From Felis catus (taxonomy: Eukaryota), in NCBI RefSeq assembly GCF_018350175.1, contig NC_058383.1, forward strand, positions 38,626,001 through 38,690,000: a stretch of DNA of 64,000 nt, written 5' to 3'. The position numbers were made by a program, and so were the translations under genes. The notes below the pieces were generated by a model. That model was not told where the DNA came from. It did not search any database and saw only the letters and a program-made list of their open reading frames with translations. Shown here one piece after another: positions 36,101 through 48,379 of this stretch. Each line of letters begins with the position of its first letter. Position 1 is the first letter of the stretch.

Positions 36101-39100
36101 CAAATTTCTCTCAGCCCCTCAAGGCTGCTGGACGAGAACGTGAGCGCGAAGGGGTGAGCGAGGGGTGACACGGGCCGTCATTGACGTCTCGTAAACCTCC
36201 CCCTTCCAGCCTCATTTTACGGGTGGGAAACTGAGGCACGGGGCGGTCAGGTTAAATGACAGTACGGCCAATTAGTGCCTTTCAGCAGCGACTTCACCTG
36301 ACCTTGGTCCAAATGCATCCGTACTGACAGGTCTCCGTGTGGACTGTGGGTTTTCTTACTGCACTGAGTCCCTTTTCTGAGAAACTGGAGGAAGTTGGGT
36401 GTTTATGACAAGTGGATCTCTTTCCCCCTCCTTCCCTGCTTCGCCTCCCGCTTTGGCCACACCCATCATTGCACCCTTCACCACCCCCCTCCCATGCAGC
36501 CGGGGGAATTGCACAACCGCAGCCTCAGCCCTAGTCCACAAGACTCCCGGTGGCCGCTCTCCGAGGGTCATCGATACCTCCTCCCAGTCCTGCTCTAGAC
36601 CTCACCAGGCAGTTCCTTTGAGCTCTCCGCTAGCTTCAATTCCAAACCCACAGCCCCTCAAGCTGCTCCCCAGCTCCAGCCTTAACTCTTAAGAGGACAA
36701 GTAGGTCAGATGTGTTTCCTATTTCATCAAGACACGCCGGCCGATGTAATCTGTAACTTCCTGTGCACCCAGGCAGACAGCTGTATCTCCCCCGTGCTCA
36801 CCTCCTATCTCCTGCCCTGCCCTATGTGAGGCCCCTGCTTCGCTCACCTCCTGTAGGACAAGAACCCATCCATCCATCCCTGCATCNNNNNNNNNNNNNN
36901 NNNNNNNNNNNNNNNNNNNNNNNNNNNNNNNNNNNNNNNNNNNNNNNNNNNNNNNNNNNNNNNNNNNNNNNNNNNNNNNNNNNNNNNNNNNNNNNNNNNN
37001 NNNNNNNNNNNNNNNNNNNNNNNNNNNNNNNNNNNNNNNNNNNNNNNNNNNNNNNNNNNNNNNNNNNNNNNNNNNNNNNNNNNNNNNNNNNNNNNNNNNN
37101 NNNNNNNNNNNNNNNNNNNNNNNNNNNNNNNNNNNNNNNNNNNNNNNNNNNNNNNNNNNNNNNNNNNNNNNNNNNNNNNNNNNNNNNNNNNNNNNNNNNN
37201 NNNNNNNNNNNNNNNNNNNNNNNNNNNNNNNNNNNNNNNNNNNNNNNNNNNNNNNNNNNNNNNNNNNNNNNNNNNNNNNNNNNNNNNNNNNNNNNNNNNN
37301 NNNNNNNNNNNNNNNNNNNNNNNNNNNNNNNNNNNNNNNNNNNNNNNNNNNNNNNNNNNNNNNNNNNNNNNNNNNNNNNNNNNNNNNNNNNNNNNNNNNN
37401 NNNNNNNNNNNNNNNNNNNNNNNNNNNNNNNNNNNNNNNNNNNNNNNNNNNNNNNNNNNNNNNNNNNNNNNNNNNNNNNNNNNNNNNNNNNNNNNNNNNN
37501 NNNNNNNNNNNNNNNNNNNNNNNNNNNNNNNNNNNNNNNNNNNNNNNNNNNNNNNNNNNNNNNNNNNNNNNNNNNNNNNNNNNNNNNNNNNNNNNNNNNN
37601 NNNNNNNNNNNNNNNNNNNNNNNNNNNNNNNNNNNNNNNNNNNNNNNNNNNNNNNNNNNNNNNNNNNNNNNNNNNNNNNNNNNNNNNNNNNNNNNNNNNN
37701 NNNNNNNNNNNNNNNNNNNNNNNNNNNNNNNNNNNNNNNNNNNNNNNNNNNNNNNNNNNTGTTGGCTCATCCAGCATCACTAAGTGCTCAAGACCCTCAT
37801 CCTAAATCACCTCAGTACCTCTCCATATCTGTATCTGCCCCCATCCACACCCCTCTCCTTCCCTAGCAAGTTCTGTGGTCAGTGGTGTAAACTCAGAGTT
37901 CACTTCCTCAACCCCTCTCATGTCTGACTTCACTGTGGTCGGGACTCCTCCCCCACCTGCCAAGGCTGCAGGCAACCGAGGTCCCTTTGTCCCCAGACGA
38001 TCAGATCTAGGCCCATGTAACTTACTGGACTGGCCTGCTGCCCTGCCCACTGCTGACCACTTCCTTCTTTGCTCTAGTTCTTGGTCACCTGTGGGCCCAT
38101 TCTTTCTCCATTTCCTTTGATCCCCCCCCCCCTCGCTACCCTCCCCTTAACTGTGGGGCTCTCCACAGCTCCATACTTGACCCTCACGTTCTACACTTTC
38201 CTCTTGGAGCCTTAGCCACCCCCCCGAGTACCCCTGACTCTAATCTGCCACGAGGCCCAGCTCATAGCAGCTGGCAATGAACAGAGTGTTACTTCCGGCC
38301 GGCCCTGTGCTGACAGCCGTAGGTCAATTACTTGTTAGATCCGCAAGCCCACCCTGCCAGCAGGTACTGTTGTAACTCCCATTTCTCAGACGAGGAAACC
38401 GAGCACATCGAGGTCAAGAGACTTACATGCGTGGCAAGCAGAGGAGCCCTCACTTGAGTTCCGCTTCAAGCCGGCATGCTTCAATGCTGCGTGACACAGC
38501 CTCAGGTCTGTGCATGCTGTGGGCCCCCCGCCCAAACCCTACAGAGCCTGTGCGCCCATCCTCTGGCTGCCCCCCTCCCCAGAAGATGGCTCTCCCTTCT
38601 GGCCAGCCTCCAGGCCACAGGAAGCTCGCAGCCAATGGCGGATTGCTAAGACCAGAAGAGCTGGAACCCTAGCCCCCAGGCAGGACCGACCCTGTGAGCT
38701 ATTCATGCTCCTGAGCTCAGGCTCCTCTCAGCTGAGACCACGTCCTGGCTAAGCCTCTTTCCCCAGCCCTCTCTTGCTTCCCTTTCCCCTGAGAACATAC
38801 CCTGCGAAACTGCTTGCACAAGACTTTTCAACGCGAGCTCCACTTCTGGGGAACCTGACCTAAGCCAGAGAAGTCCAAGTTCTAAAGCAAGACACTCAAC
38901 CGCTAATGCACCGCCTGCACGGAAGGGCCCGCAAGCAGTGCAAACCCAAGGCCAAGGTGAAGTCACCCTGCCCTCCAAGGGCCGGCGGCTCTTCCTCCTG
39001 CGGCACCTCCCACGGCCATGAACAAGACCCCTTCCTGTCCGTCCCCTCTGCCGCCAGGATGGAGTGGGATCCCAGTCCCTGCCCATCCGACTAAACAGCC

Positions 39101-42100
39101 CCCCCCACCCCTGTGCCACTAGCCCTGACTACCCTGCGTCAGCCAGCTCAGTGGCTTGCGTGTTGTCCTCTGCGCCCACCCCGCACCCCCACGCACTCGG
39201 GGACAGCGGGACCCGGTGGGCTAGTCGGCACGTGGTACACGTGTGTGGAATAAACAAAGTCACCCCTTCTAGGAAGTCCCGTCCGTCAAAGGTTCTGGGC
39301 GGGCCTCCGCTCGAGACCGTGGTCCTCCGGGACTTCCTCTGCTATGATTTTCCGCAGCCGCATCACCGTGTGTAGCAACTGCCGGTTACCCTTGTGACTC
39401 AGCTGCTGCGCACGGCTTTCACATCTCTCGGTCCTCAGCTCCAGCTTGGAGCTGGACACCCGAGAGGCCTCTGTGATGGGCGATTTTGTGTGTCCGCTGA
39501 GCCAGCCTGTGGCGCCCAGTTGTTGAGCCGAGCACCAGGCCAGGTGTGGCTGTTTGGGGTATGGTGTAGATGGGCTCTGCCTCTACGATCCGTTGACTAC
39601 AAGTAAAGTAGACAGTGTGCCACGGTGGGCGGGCCTGGTCTGATCAGTTGAAGGCCTTAAGAGCAAACCTGAGGCTTCCCAGGGGGAGAAGGGAATTCTG
39701 CCTCCAGACTGCAACACAGAAAGCCTGCCTGGGTTTCAGGCGAGCCGGCCTGGCCTGCAGACATCGGACTCAGGATTGCAACATCAACTCTCACTTGAAT
39801 TTCCAGCCTGCAGGACTGCCCTACAGATTTAGGCTCGCCAGCCTCCCCCATCCTACGAGCCAGTTGTTTAAAATAAATCACTTACACACACGCGCGCGCA
39901 CACACAAGCATCCTACTTACTGGTTCTGTCGCTCTAGAGAAACCCAACGGACACAGCGTCCATCGATACGTGTGATTTCATAGGGACAGACAGACTCGGG
40001 GAGAGGACGTCTCGGAAGGTCGTACCTTTTGACCCATAAGTCCAGATCTCCTCGTCGTCGAAGTGCGTGTCCCCAGAGATGGAGTGTTCCCCGGGGAAGA
40101 AGGCGTGGGCTAGGGTCCCTCCCTGCCCGTCGAAGGGGTAACTGTCCTGGTGGTACGCCCGGGCAAAGTCAATGACGATGTCGGGCTCCGTCGGGCTCTG
40201 AAAGCCCACCTCCTGGAATTTGAGGCCTGACTCGACGCCCCAGGTGGTCAAGGCGTGGTGCATGAGGGTCCTCACCATCTCCTGGCTCAGTGCCGAGCTC
40301 TGGGGGAAGGAGTGCACCCTGGGGAGACAGAAGGCAGCCGTTGGAGGCTGGGCCCGGCAGGCGGCGGGCCAGGGTGGGGAGGACACCGTCTCCTACCTCC
40401 ACGTCAGCGTTCGCTTCTTCCACACGCTGCCGCTCAGGGCGTAGCGCCGGCGCCGGCGACGACGTCTCACCAGCTCTGCCGCCCCCAGCACATCAGGCAG
40501 GGAGCAGCGGGGCCTGTGCATGGTGGCCATGGTCAGCGGGTCTGTGGGAGGGGTTGCGGGGCAAGGGAATCAGCAGGAGGACAACCGGCTCTAGTCACGG
40601 ACCAACAGGCTCAGAGAGGCTGAACCGCGGGCCCAAGAGGGCCCCGCGGCCGCTTGGATTTGCACGCAGGCTGCCCAGTTCCGGAAGCCAGCTCGTCCCA
40701 AAGGACAACACAGCTCTTCAGGACAGCGCCCCAGCCTTCACCGGGCCCTGGACGGACTGCTGCCTCCATGCGGTGCTCGGATCTGCGGTCTGGGGTCCTG
40801 CTTCCCTGAGCCCTGGTGATCAGACGCGGCAGAAAGGAGCCATGGGGTGCCGTGTGGACTCGTCTGAGGCTGGAGCCCCCCAGGCCACACCTGACACCAT
40901 AGGTCCCCAGTCCTCACCAGGCGGGCTGGGTCTCTGGTCTCCCAGGTTAGACCTGCCTGGAATCCCCTGTCCTAGCTCGGCTCCCTTCCCAGCTGTCCCC
41001 TCGTCTTCAAGTGAAGGTCAAAGCTGACCACTGGTCGGGTGACAAAGGGCAATCGAGCACGTACAGATGCAGACACTACTCGGCGGGGAACAGGGCACAC
41101 CGAGGTCCTATCTCCTCCTGTGGCCGGCCAGCGCGCCCTCGGTTCCCTTCTTCCCCATTTTATCCAAGAGACGAGCCTCTCGGCTCTACCTCCAAAACAT
41201 GCACCTTGAATTCAGCTCCCTCCTTCCTGGTCTCCATTCTCCATCAGCAACCAGAGGAAGCTTACAACTGTAAATTCAGTCCAGTTGTCTCCCTCCTTCA
41301 AACCCTCTGGTGGTTGCTTATCATGCTTGTAATCAAACCCAAACGCCTTTCAAGCATCACACCCCCCCCATCCCCCAGTCAGGCTCTTGCTTAGCTTTTC
41401 AATCCTCCTCTCATTACAGGCACACCACCTTGTGGCTACCACAGGGCCTTTGCACTTGCCTGGGACTCTCTCCATCTTCCCACGGCTGGCTCCTCTTATT
41501 TGCGTCCCCTGGGTTCTTTGTCTCATATGAGCTCCCTTCAACTCATGACCCCTTTCAGAGGGATCTTCCCTGACCAGCATTTCATTCTCTTCAAAACACG
41601 AATCACCATCTAAAATGACCTGGCCTATTTCGAGTCTTGATCCGTCTGTCTCTCTTCTCTAGAGGGATGAGAGCAGGGACCTTTTCTGCTTTGTCCATCA
41701 CTGTACCAGTAGAGCCAGAAACGGCCTTACACATTAGAGACTCTTAGTAACTATTTGCTGAAAAAGAAATGCCTGAGAACCTCCTGGGTTGGTCCCGGGG
41801 AATCAGCATTTTCATAGCTCCCGGGATTCAGGTGTGTGGGGAGGTTTAGAAACCGCTGGGTGCAGGGGCAGGGCGGGGGCGGGGGGGGGGTGTCTACCTA
41901 CCCAGGAGGCCTGTCTCAGGCAGCCCGGCAAACCTCTGCATGACCTTGATAGCATCCCTCAGCTTCGCAGGGCTCTGCAGCTGTGCTTGGGCAGGGTGGG
42001 GTGGTGGCAGGTAGCCGTAGCGGGTCAGCCAGTCCTAGGCCGCAGGAAGGAACAGGTGAAGGGGGAAGAATGCGAGAGACTCCCCCTTCCCCTCTCCATC

Positions 42101-42522
42101 CTGGGAGCCCCACCCTCGCCAGCCACCCAGGCATCCGGAGCCCAGGGGTCCCAGCCCCGGCCACTGCCTGCTGTCCCTCTCAGAGTCCGGTCTCTCCAGC
42201 CCTGGGCTCTGCCTAGATCCATCGGTCCTGGTCTCCACCTCCCCGCCCCAAGCCCTTTATAGATCTTCAAATCCCAGCCCCAAACCTCATGGGTCCGAGA
42301 ATCTGGGTCCCCAGACCCCATCCCCCGGCGCTCTGACTTGGAATCAGCCCCCAGCCTCCTCCTCCGGACCCAGGAGCCCTCCCCCCCACCCGCCCCCCGC
42401 ACTCCCCAGGGGCGCGCAGACCCCGCGCTCACCACTCCCAGGCTCACGTCCTGCGCGGAGGGCTCCTGGGCGCGCGCGGGCGGCGGCAGCAGCGGGAGCA
42501 GCAGCGCGAGCAGCCCGAGCAT
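32879..42522 (-). CDS. MMP25: Matrix metalloproteinase-25 (MT6-MMP, leukolysin), whole-gene CDS span, 562 aa
   Basis: complement(join(32879..33150,33299..33556,33645..33797,34578..34660,34811..34895,34988..35164,40026..40318,40397..40541,41902..42034,42433..42522)); signal peptide, cysteine switch PRCSLPD, poly-Arg furin site, [11 protein letters not shown] zinc motif, Met-turn, hemopexin repeats, GPI-type hydrophobic tail. Confidence 0.97.
33299..33556 (-). CDS. MMP25: MMP25 exon 9
   Basis: [10 protein letters not shown]...[15 protein letters not shown]...DDVTVSNA. Confidence 0.95.
33645..33797 (-). CDS. MMP25: MMP25 exon 8
   Basis: [28 protein letters not shown]...ILLFS. Confidence 0.95.
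33858..34440. mobile_element. Two opposed Can-SINEs (+ 33858-34026; - 34276-34440) in MMP25 intron 7
   Basis: SINE heads and tails on opposite strands on either side of an N gap. Confidence 0.8.
34578..34660 (-). CDS. MMP25: MMP25 exon 7
   Basis: [27 protein letters not shown]. Confidence 0.95.
34811..34895 (-). CDS. MMP25: MMP25 exon 6 (hinge)
   Basis: [27 protein letters not shown]. Confidence 0.93.
34988..35164 (-). CDS. MMP25: MMP25 exon 5 (catalytic zinc site)
   Basis: [35 protein letters not shown]...LQQLY. Confidence 0.97.
39472..39955 (+). mobile_element. Solo ERVL LTR (MLT2-like) in MMP25 intron 4
   Basis: TGTGATGG...ACACA termini; internal GATCAGTTGAAGGCCTTAAGAGCAAA; 5-bp TSD GCCTC/GCGTC. 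Confidence 0.85.
40026..40318 (-). CDS. MMP25: MMP25 exon 4
   Basis: VHSFPQSS...[40 protein letters not shown]. Confidence 0.97.
40397..40541 (-). CDS. MMP25: MMP25 exon 3 (cysteine switch, furin site)
   Basis: [47 protein letters not shown]. Confidence 0.96.
41150..41770 (+). mobile_element. Ancient L2-like fragment
   Basis: CAGGGCCTTTGCACTTGC...CATGACCCCTTTCAGAGGG...CTTAGTAACTATTTGCTGAA resembles an L2 3' end. Confidence 0.6.
41902..42034 (-). CDS. MMP25: MMP25 exon 2
   Basis: [44 protein letters not shown]. Confidence 0.96.
42433..42522 (-). CDS. MMP25: MMP25 exon 1 coding part (signal peptide)
   Basis: [30 protein letters not shown]|gtgagc. Confidence 0.92.
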
Positions 42523-43520
42523 GTCCGCGGGGCTCGGGGGGCCCGACCGCGGCGGCTCCGGGGACCCGGGGCAGGGGGGTCGGGGGCCGGGAGAGGCCCG
42601 GGGAACCCTGCGCGAGGTGGGAGCGGTGGGCGGGAGGACGGGGCGCCGGGACCCAGGGAGGCCCGACGCGGGGGACCCGGAGGCGTCCAGAGGAGGGCCC
42701 GGGGGTGGAGGGGGGGCTGGGGTCGCTGCGGGCCCCGGGAGGCCGGAGAGGGGACGGGAGGGGCGGCGGTGCAGCCTCTCCGGGTGCGCGGCGGCGGCCT
42801 CTGGGTCCCGGGCCGGCCCGGCCCCTCCCCCCGGGCGGGGCAGGGCTGTCGCACCGGATGAGCCCAGTCTTCGGACGGCCCGCGGGCAGCGACCAGCCGG
42901 ACCCCGAGACCCTCCTCCGGGAGCTTCCGAGAGCGCGGGCGGCGCGGGTGGGGGTGGCGGAGAGGAGCCCGTGCCGAGCGCCCCCCGTGCCTCCCCCGGC
43001 CGCGGCCGCAAGTTTCTCTTCCCAGAAGCCGGCTCCGCTGGGACTCTCCCGGGCACGGCTCGTTTCTCCTTTCTCCGCACGCCGCGGCCGGGCCCGAGGG
43101 GGTGGGGGGGAGGGGCGGCTCCGCGGCGCCCCTCCCCCTCCCGCCCTGCCCGGAGCCCCCCCCCGCGGCGGGGGGCTGGGACGCGCCCCTGCTCCGCGGG
43201 CGCCGGGGGGCGCTTGTCCCCCCGCCACGCGGGCTGCGGGGGTCTCGGCGTCCGCGGGCCGCGCCCCCCTCGCCGCAGGTGCCAGACGTTTAGGATCCGG
43301 GGGCCCGTGCGGAGGCTCGGGCGCCTAGGACCCGGGAGGGGGCGGGGGGGGAGGGGCGGATCCCGCAGAGGCTCGGGGACCCGCAGGGCCACGCCTCACC
43401 CCTTCCCGGGGAAGCCCAGGGAGAAATGGGCGGGGGGGGGGGGCTCCCCGAGAGGGGCGAGGGGCGCGCGAGGGCCAAGGCTCTGTCTCTGGAGCCGTGC
43501 AGCGACCGGGCCCCACGTGT
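42523..43520 (-). promoter_or_regulatory. MMP25 CpG island (5' UTR and promoter)
   Basis: Very high GC and CpG content with multiple GC boxes directly upstream of the ATG. Confidence 0.8.
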
Positions 43521-43579
43521 TTTAGACAAAATAAATAATGAGCAGGATTAGCGAGCTGGAGACGCAAACTCAAACAGTG

Positions 43580-43954
43580 AGATCCCGGCTGCGCTCATCA
43601 AACACCACACACCGGGTGCCGGAGACAGCGGACATGTATTTGTCCACACAGTTCCGGAGGCTGGAGGGCCGAGACCCAGGTGGCGGCCAGGTGGCTTCCT
43701 CCTGCCGTTTCCGTCCCTCTCCTGGGCTTGCAAAGGTGGCCCTGGCGCGCCCTCTGTGCCCGCCAGCCCGGCTGCCTCTGTGTGTCCACATCTCCTCTGT
43801 GAGGACACGGGCCACCCTGACGGCCTCCCTTTACCTTCGTCGCCTGGGTAAAGTCCCTGCCTCTAAAAACTGTCACCGTCTGAGGTCCTGGGGATTAGGA
43901 CTGGACACAGCACTTGGGGAGGGGGGACCAACACAATGCATGCAGTCCGTGGCA
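43580..43954 (-). mobile_element. MaLR (MLT1-like) LTR
   Basis: CACAGTTCCGGAGGCTGG...GTCACCGTCTGAGGTCCTGGGGATTAGGAC. Confidence 0.7.
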
Positions 43955-43959
43955 AATCC

Positions 43960-44907
43960 CACAAAACCCTGCACTCCTCCTCCCGAGTTTCTCCTTTACT
44001 CTGAAACTGCGGCACTCACAACACTTCTTTTTTTAACGTTTATTTATTTTTGAGAGACAGAGACAGAGTGCAAGTGGGGGAGGGGCAGAGAGAGGGAGAA
44101 ACAGAATCCCGAAGCAGGCTCCAGGCTCTGAGCTGTCAGCACATAGCCTGATGTGGGGCTCGAACCGACAAACCGTGAGATCACGACCTGAGCTGAATTT
44201 GGATGCTCAACCCACAGAGCCCCCCAGGAGCCCCAGCAACAATTCTGACGCCAGATGTGTGTGGGGTTTTTCCCCACATCAAGCAGTTATTTGGCACACG
44301 AGCTGAGTGTACTGCCTTTCAACTCAATTTTTTCAAGTTTATTTATTTAGTTTGAAAGAGAGAGACAAGACATGTGAGCAGGGGAGGAGCAGAGAGAGAA
44401 GGAGAGAGAGAATCCCAAGCAGGCTCCCCACTGTCAGCGCAGAGCCCGACTCAACTCCGGCCTCAAATCACCAGCTGAACCGAAGCCTGAGATCATGACC
44501 TCAGCTGAAACTAAGAGTCAGACGCTTAACCGACTGGGCCACCCAGACGCCCCTCAGTTCAATTCTGACACTCCCTGGAGTTATCCCAGACCCCACAGGG
44601 TAAGGGCTCAGTCCCTCTAGACTCCCCCCACCCCACTTCGGTTGCCAGCCATAAATAGCAGGTCCCCAGGTTACCCACAATTTCTGCCACCTTGGCTACG
44701 AATTGTAGGTTCCCATGAGCCCCTCTCCACCCCAATTCAACTATTTGCTAGAACAGCTCACAGAACTCAGAGAAACAAGCTTACCAGTTTATTACATAGT
44801 AAAAGATATGACAAAGGAGACAGATAGAGAGCCATAAAGTGATACGTACATCAGGTGAGGTCTGGGAGGGTCCTCCAAAATATGTAATTTTCTTCTATTA
44901 TTTCACA
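43960..44907 (-). mobile_element. MER21-like ERVL 3' LTR interrupted by two Can-SINEs (44027-44235, 44329-44553)
   Basis: TGTGGGGTTTTTCCCCACA...CAATTCTGACACT...CCCACAGGGTAAGGGCTCAGTCCC motifs as recalled for MER21; minus-strand TGTGA start at 44907 directly after purine-rich GGGGGTGGGG (PPT-like). Confidence 0.75.
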
Positions 44908-45767
44908 CCCCACCCCCTGGTCTCTGGCCACGGGGTCCCTTGCAGCAAAATGATAACACAGCCCAGGAACTGGCACATTACTAATGTCCCAGGAAGTCAT
45001 TAATAATCATCCCGGTCGATCGTTGTATCGCATGAAAACGTCTCATGGTGAGGCCGCTGAGGTCTGCAGGCCTTCCATTCGATCTTGTCAGTTGTCAGGG
45101 CGCAAAAGCTGGGGTGATCTCAGCAAACACGTGGCGTCTGGCGGGATCGAGCCAAGAGACAACATCATCTTGCTCTGAAGCTCTTTTGAGGCCTTCATGT
45201 GATCCTAGGTTTCCCTTAGGACCTAACTCCTGTGTTCATGACTTTGCCCGTGGCTGCTAGTGTTCCTTTTCTCCATTTAGACCCAATCGCTTCCGCCTTT
45301 GGAAGGAACATCAGGCTGGTCTACGCTGCAGGCAGCAGTACTGGCCTGGCAAGTGCTTCTCCTGGGTCCACCGCCGTCCCCATAGGGTGAGCAAGGTGAC
45401 ACAGGTGCAGAACCGGGGGGCTCGTGTTAGCACAGGCAGTGCGCCTGCCTTTACTGTCGTCAGATGGGGTACAGGCGCATCCAGCCGTCAGGCCCCTCGG
45501 AATTCTGAAACCGAGTGTAAAACACAATTGCGGTTTCTTGTTTAGGAGCCCTCGCTGTTTTAGGCACCCGGTCTTATGAGGGCTGCACCAGGGAGAAACA
45601 AAACAGCAGGTGACGTGTTGTGGGGACACTAGCGCCTTCCCCACCCCCTTCCCCAGGTCCAGGAGAAAACCAGAGAAATCTACCCAGAGAGGACACTCCT
45701 TTACCCACGGTGTGTGTGAGCCGGCCCTTCCAGCCTTTTTATCCCCCCCTTTTGTTTTATTTTATTT

Positions 45768-45964
45768 CTTTAATGTTTATTTATTTTTGAGAGAGACATC
45801 ACAAGCGGGGGAGGGGCAGAGAGGACAGAGAGAGGGGGACAGAGGATCCGAAGGGGGCTCTGTGCCGACAGCAGAGCCCGAGGCGGGCCTCGAACTCCAG
45901 AACTGTGAGATCATGGCCTGAGCCGGAGTCGGACGCGTTCACGGGCTGAGCTGCCCGGGTGCCC
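45768..45964 (-). mobile_element. Can-SINE nested in the ERVL
   Basis: Reverse-complement SINE. Confidence 0.85.
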
Positions 45965-48379
45965 TTAGAGCCCCCTGTTTTAGACAACCAATGTTTTCAT
46001 CGCCCGTTCCAAGTCTCTATCAGACTAGTCTCGGAGGAGGATAGCTCTCTGCCCCTTGTTGGACATCATGGGCTGTAAACGGCGGTCCTTGGTCCGCAGA
46101 AATGACGCTTGGCTGTGCACCCGTCTCTCTCCTGAGCCCTCTGAGCGTTTGCATCCGGCACTGGGTCAGCAGAGCCCGGTCCAGAGTCACAGTGCCTTCC
46201 CGGCGGGACCCATCTGTAGCCTCCAGGATTCCCAGCATCGGTGTGACTCTGGCATGCATGCAGGGGACCTTCCCACCGGGAGTCTGCCACCCGGCCATCC
46301 GTACCCTCGGCCTCTTGCTGCCAGACAGAACGGCTCCCACCGGCATTTGGGGCCTTCGAGGCCACGAGAGGACGGTGTGCGGACTCGGCCCGTTTCGTGG
46401 CCCCTGGTGGCCACTTTCAGCGAGCGCACGGGGGTAACTGCTTGTTGACCGCGGTCACCTTCCCCACCTGGAAGGCGGCTCTTCTGACGGGCACCAGCAT
46501 GTCCCATTTTGTTTAATGCACCCCTCGACTCCCGCAGGGGTTTCCCCAGGACGGAGCCCCCGCGTGGGTCGGGCTTCCGCTGCCCTCCTGCCTATGCGTC
46601 AGTAGAAACCAAAACAGAAGGGCCACTGTTCAAGGCTTCCTTCACAGCTGGAGAAACGGCTCGCAGTTCAGCCCACGGAACTGATTTGTTTGGACCTTCT
46701 TTGATCGGAGCGGCGGCCTTCCAAACAGGATGTCGTCCGTTCGCTTTGGAAGTGCCATCCGCGGAGCAAGCGGCCCTTGTTGGCCAGTGGAGAGCGGTCG
46801 ACGGGGACAGAGCAAGAGACAACAGCACCCAGCATCTCCCGAGGCTCTTCGGGAGTCAGCCTCGGGAAAGAGGCTCCGTGCTCAGAGCTGTCCCCTCGCG
46901 TTTCCCAGGCAGCAGGGGGTCTGTGTAACCCACTCTTGTTTAACCCTGGCACCCTTCTGGGCACTGCGTCCCCATTCGAGTGTTTTTCGGACGTTCGCCA
47001 GGACAACACGGGCGTAACAGATCGTTGTGAGTCCTTCCCTCCCCGGGGTGGCTTCGACTGATGTCGGGGAGCAAGGTAGTAGGGGCCCCTCGTATGGAAG
47101 TTCTCCAGGCCAAAGCCCCAGGGGTCGTCGCTGGGGTGGGGGAGCCGCTCACAGGCTTTTGCGTAGCGCCTAGAATTTGTCCCCACCCGCGCTCCCGCGT
47201 CCCCTCCACACTGCGCTGGCTCTGTGTTCCCACACGCCTCGATGGCTTCTGCTTTGCATTATTAGGTAGAGGAAACATCCCCTCGTCAGACACAGTGTCC
47301 GTCCCCGTCCCCAGAATACGATCTGATAAAAGAGATCAACCGCCTCCCACGACGCCCTTCCCAACAGGCCCATTCTCCTGCTTTGGCCCTCATTCCGTCC
47401 ACCCTTACGTTCCCGTCAACCTCCATTCACGACTTCATCCACAGGTTTTGGTCTCGCAACACTAAGCAGGGGGAATGTTTCCCAGTGTGACATAACATCC
47501 ATTCGCATGAAACATTAGGCAAAGGAGACACAGCCTCTTTCCATCACTCCTGCCCACACGTCCCAGCGTCCACAATCTGGCCCACGCTTACATTTCTACC
47601 TTCCGCCTGACTGTGGCCCAACTCAGGGCTTCACCGATGGGCTTTGCTCCCGCGGTGCGTGGGGCTCCTTGAGGAGGTCAAGGAGTCCAGGGAACTTGTC
47701 TTCTCCAGCCCTGATCATTCATGCCAAAGGCCTTGGATCAGGGAAGATTCTGGAAAGACGGTGGAGTAGGAAGCACTGGGAATGGTCTCCCCACAAGGGC
47801 GCTGATAGAATCCGTCCAAAGGGACTGTTTTGGAATTCCAAAATCCTGCTGGAGACTTAGGACTTGCAGGAGAGGTTCTGGAAAGTAAACCACCACCAAG
47901 TTCAGCTCCTAGCACAGTAGCAAGCCTCGCAGCAGCTTGCCCGAACCAGGTGGGGGCGGTAATGACCCTGCCCTCCAAGAATCAGGAATCTCAGCACAGG
48001 GGCGCAAAGAAGTGGCCGGCCACTGCTGTCCCCGCCCCCCCCCCCCACTGTGGCACATCTCCCCGTCTCTCTGGCTGAGGTGACGTCCAGGGGAGTCGAA
48101 GGGCGGGTTCTCCTAGCCCCTCTTCATTTTTCACTTTCCCGTTTTTGCAGGAGCCAGACACTAAAGACTAGAAAACAACCGCACATAATAGAAACCGAGA
48201 ATAGAGTAGAATGTTGGTTACCAGGGGCTGGGCTGCAAAGGAACGGGGGAGATGTTTTTTAAGGCCACAACTTTGCCAGCAGTACATACATAAGTCCCGA
48301 AGTTCTAAAGCCCAGGGCAGGAATATAGTCAACAATCCTGTATTACAAACTTCAAAATTAAAAAAAAAAAATTAGTCTC

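Noticed and set aside
36719-37866. 300-370 aa ORFs
   Set aside because: Artefacts of an ~870-nt N gap
42025-43525. Long ORFs (455, 395 and 294 aa) across the MMP25 CpG island, one in frame with MMP25 exon 1
   Set aside because: Stop-codon scarcity in very GC-rich DNA; Pro/Gly/Arg low complexity; no in-frame ATG upstream of 42522
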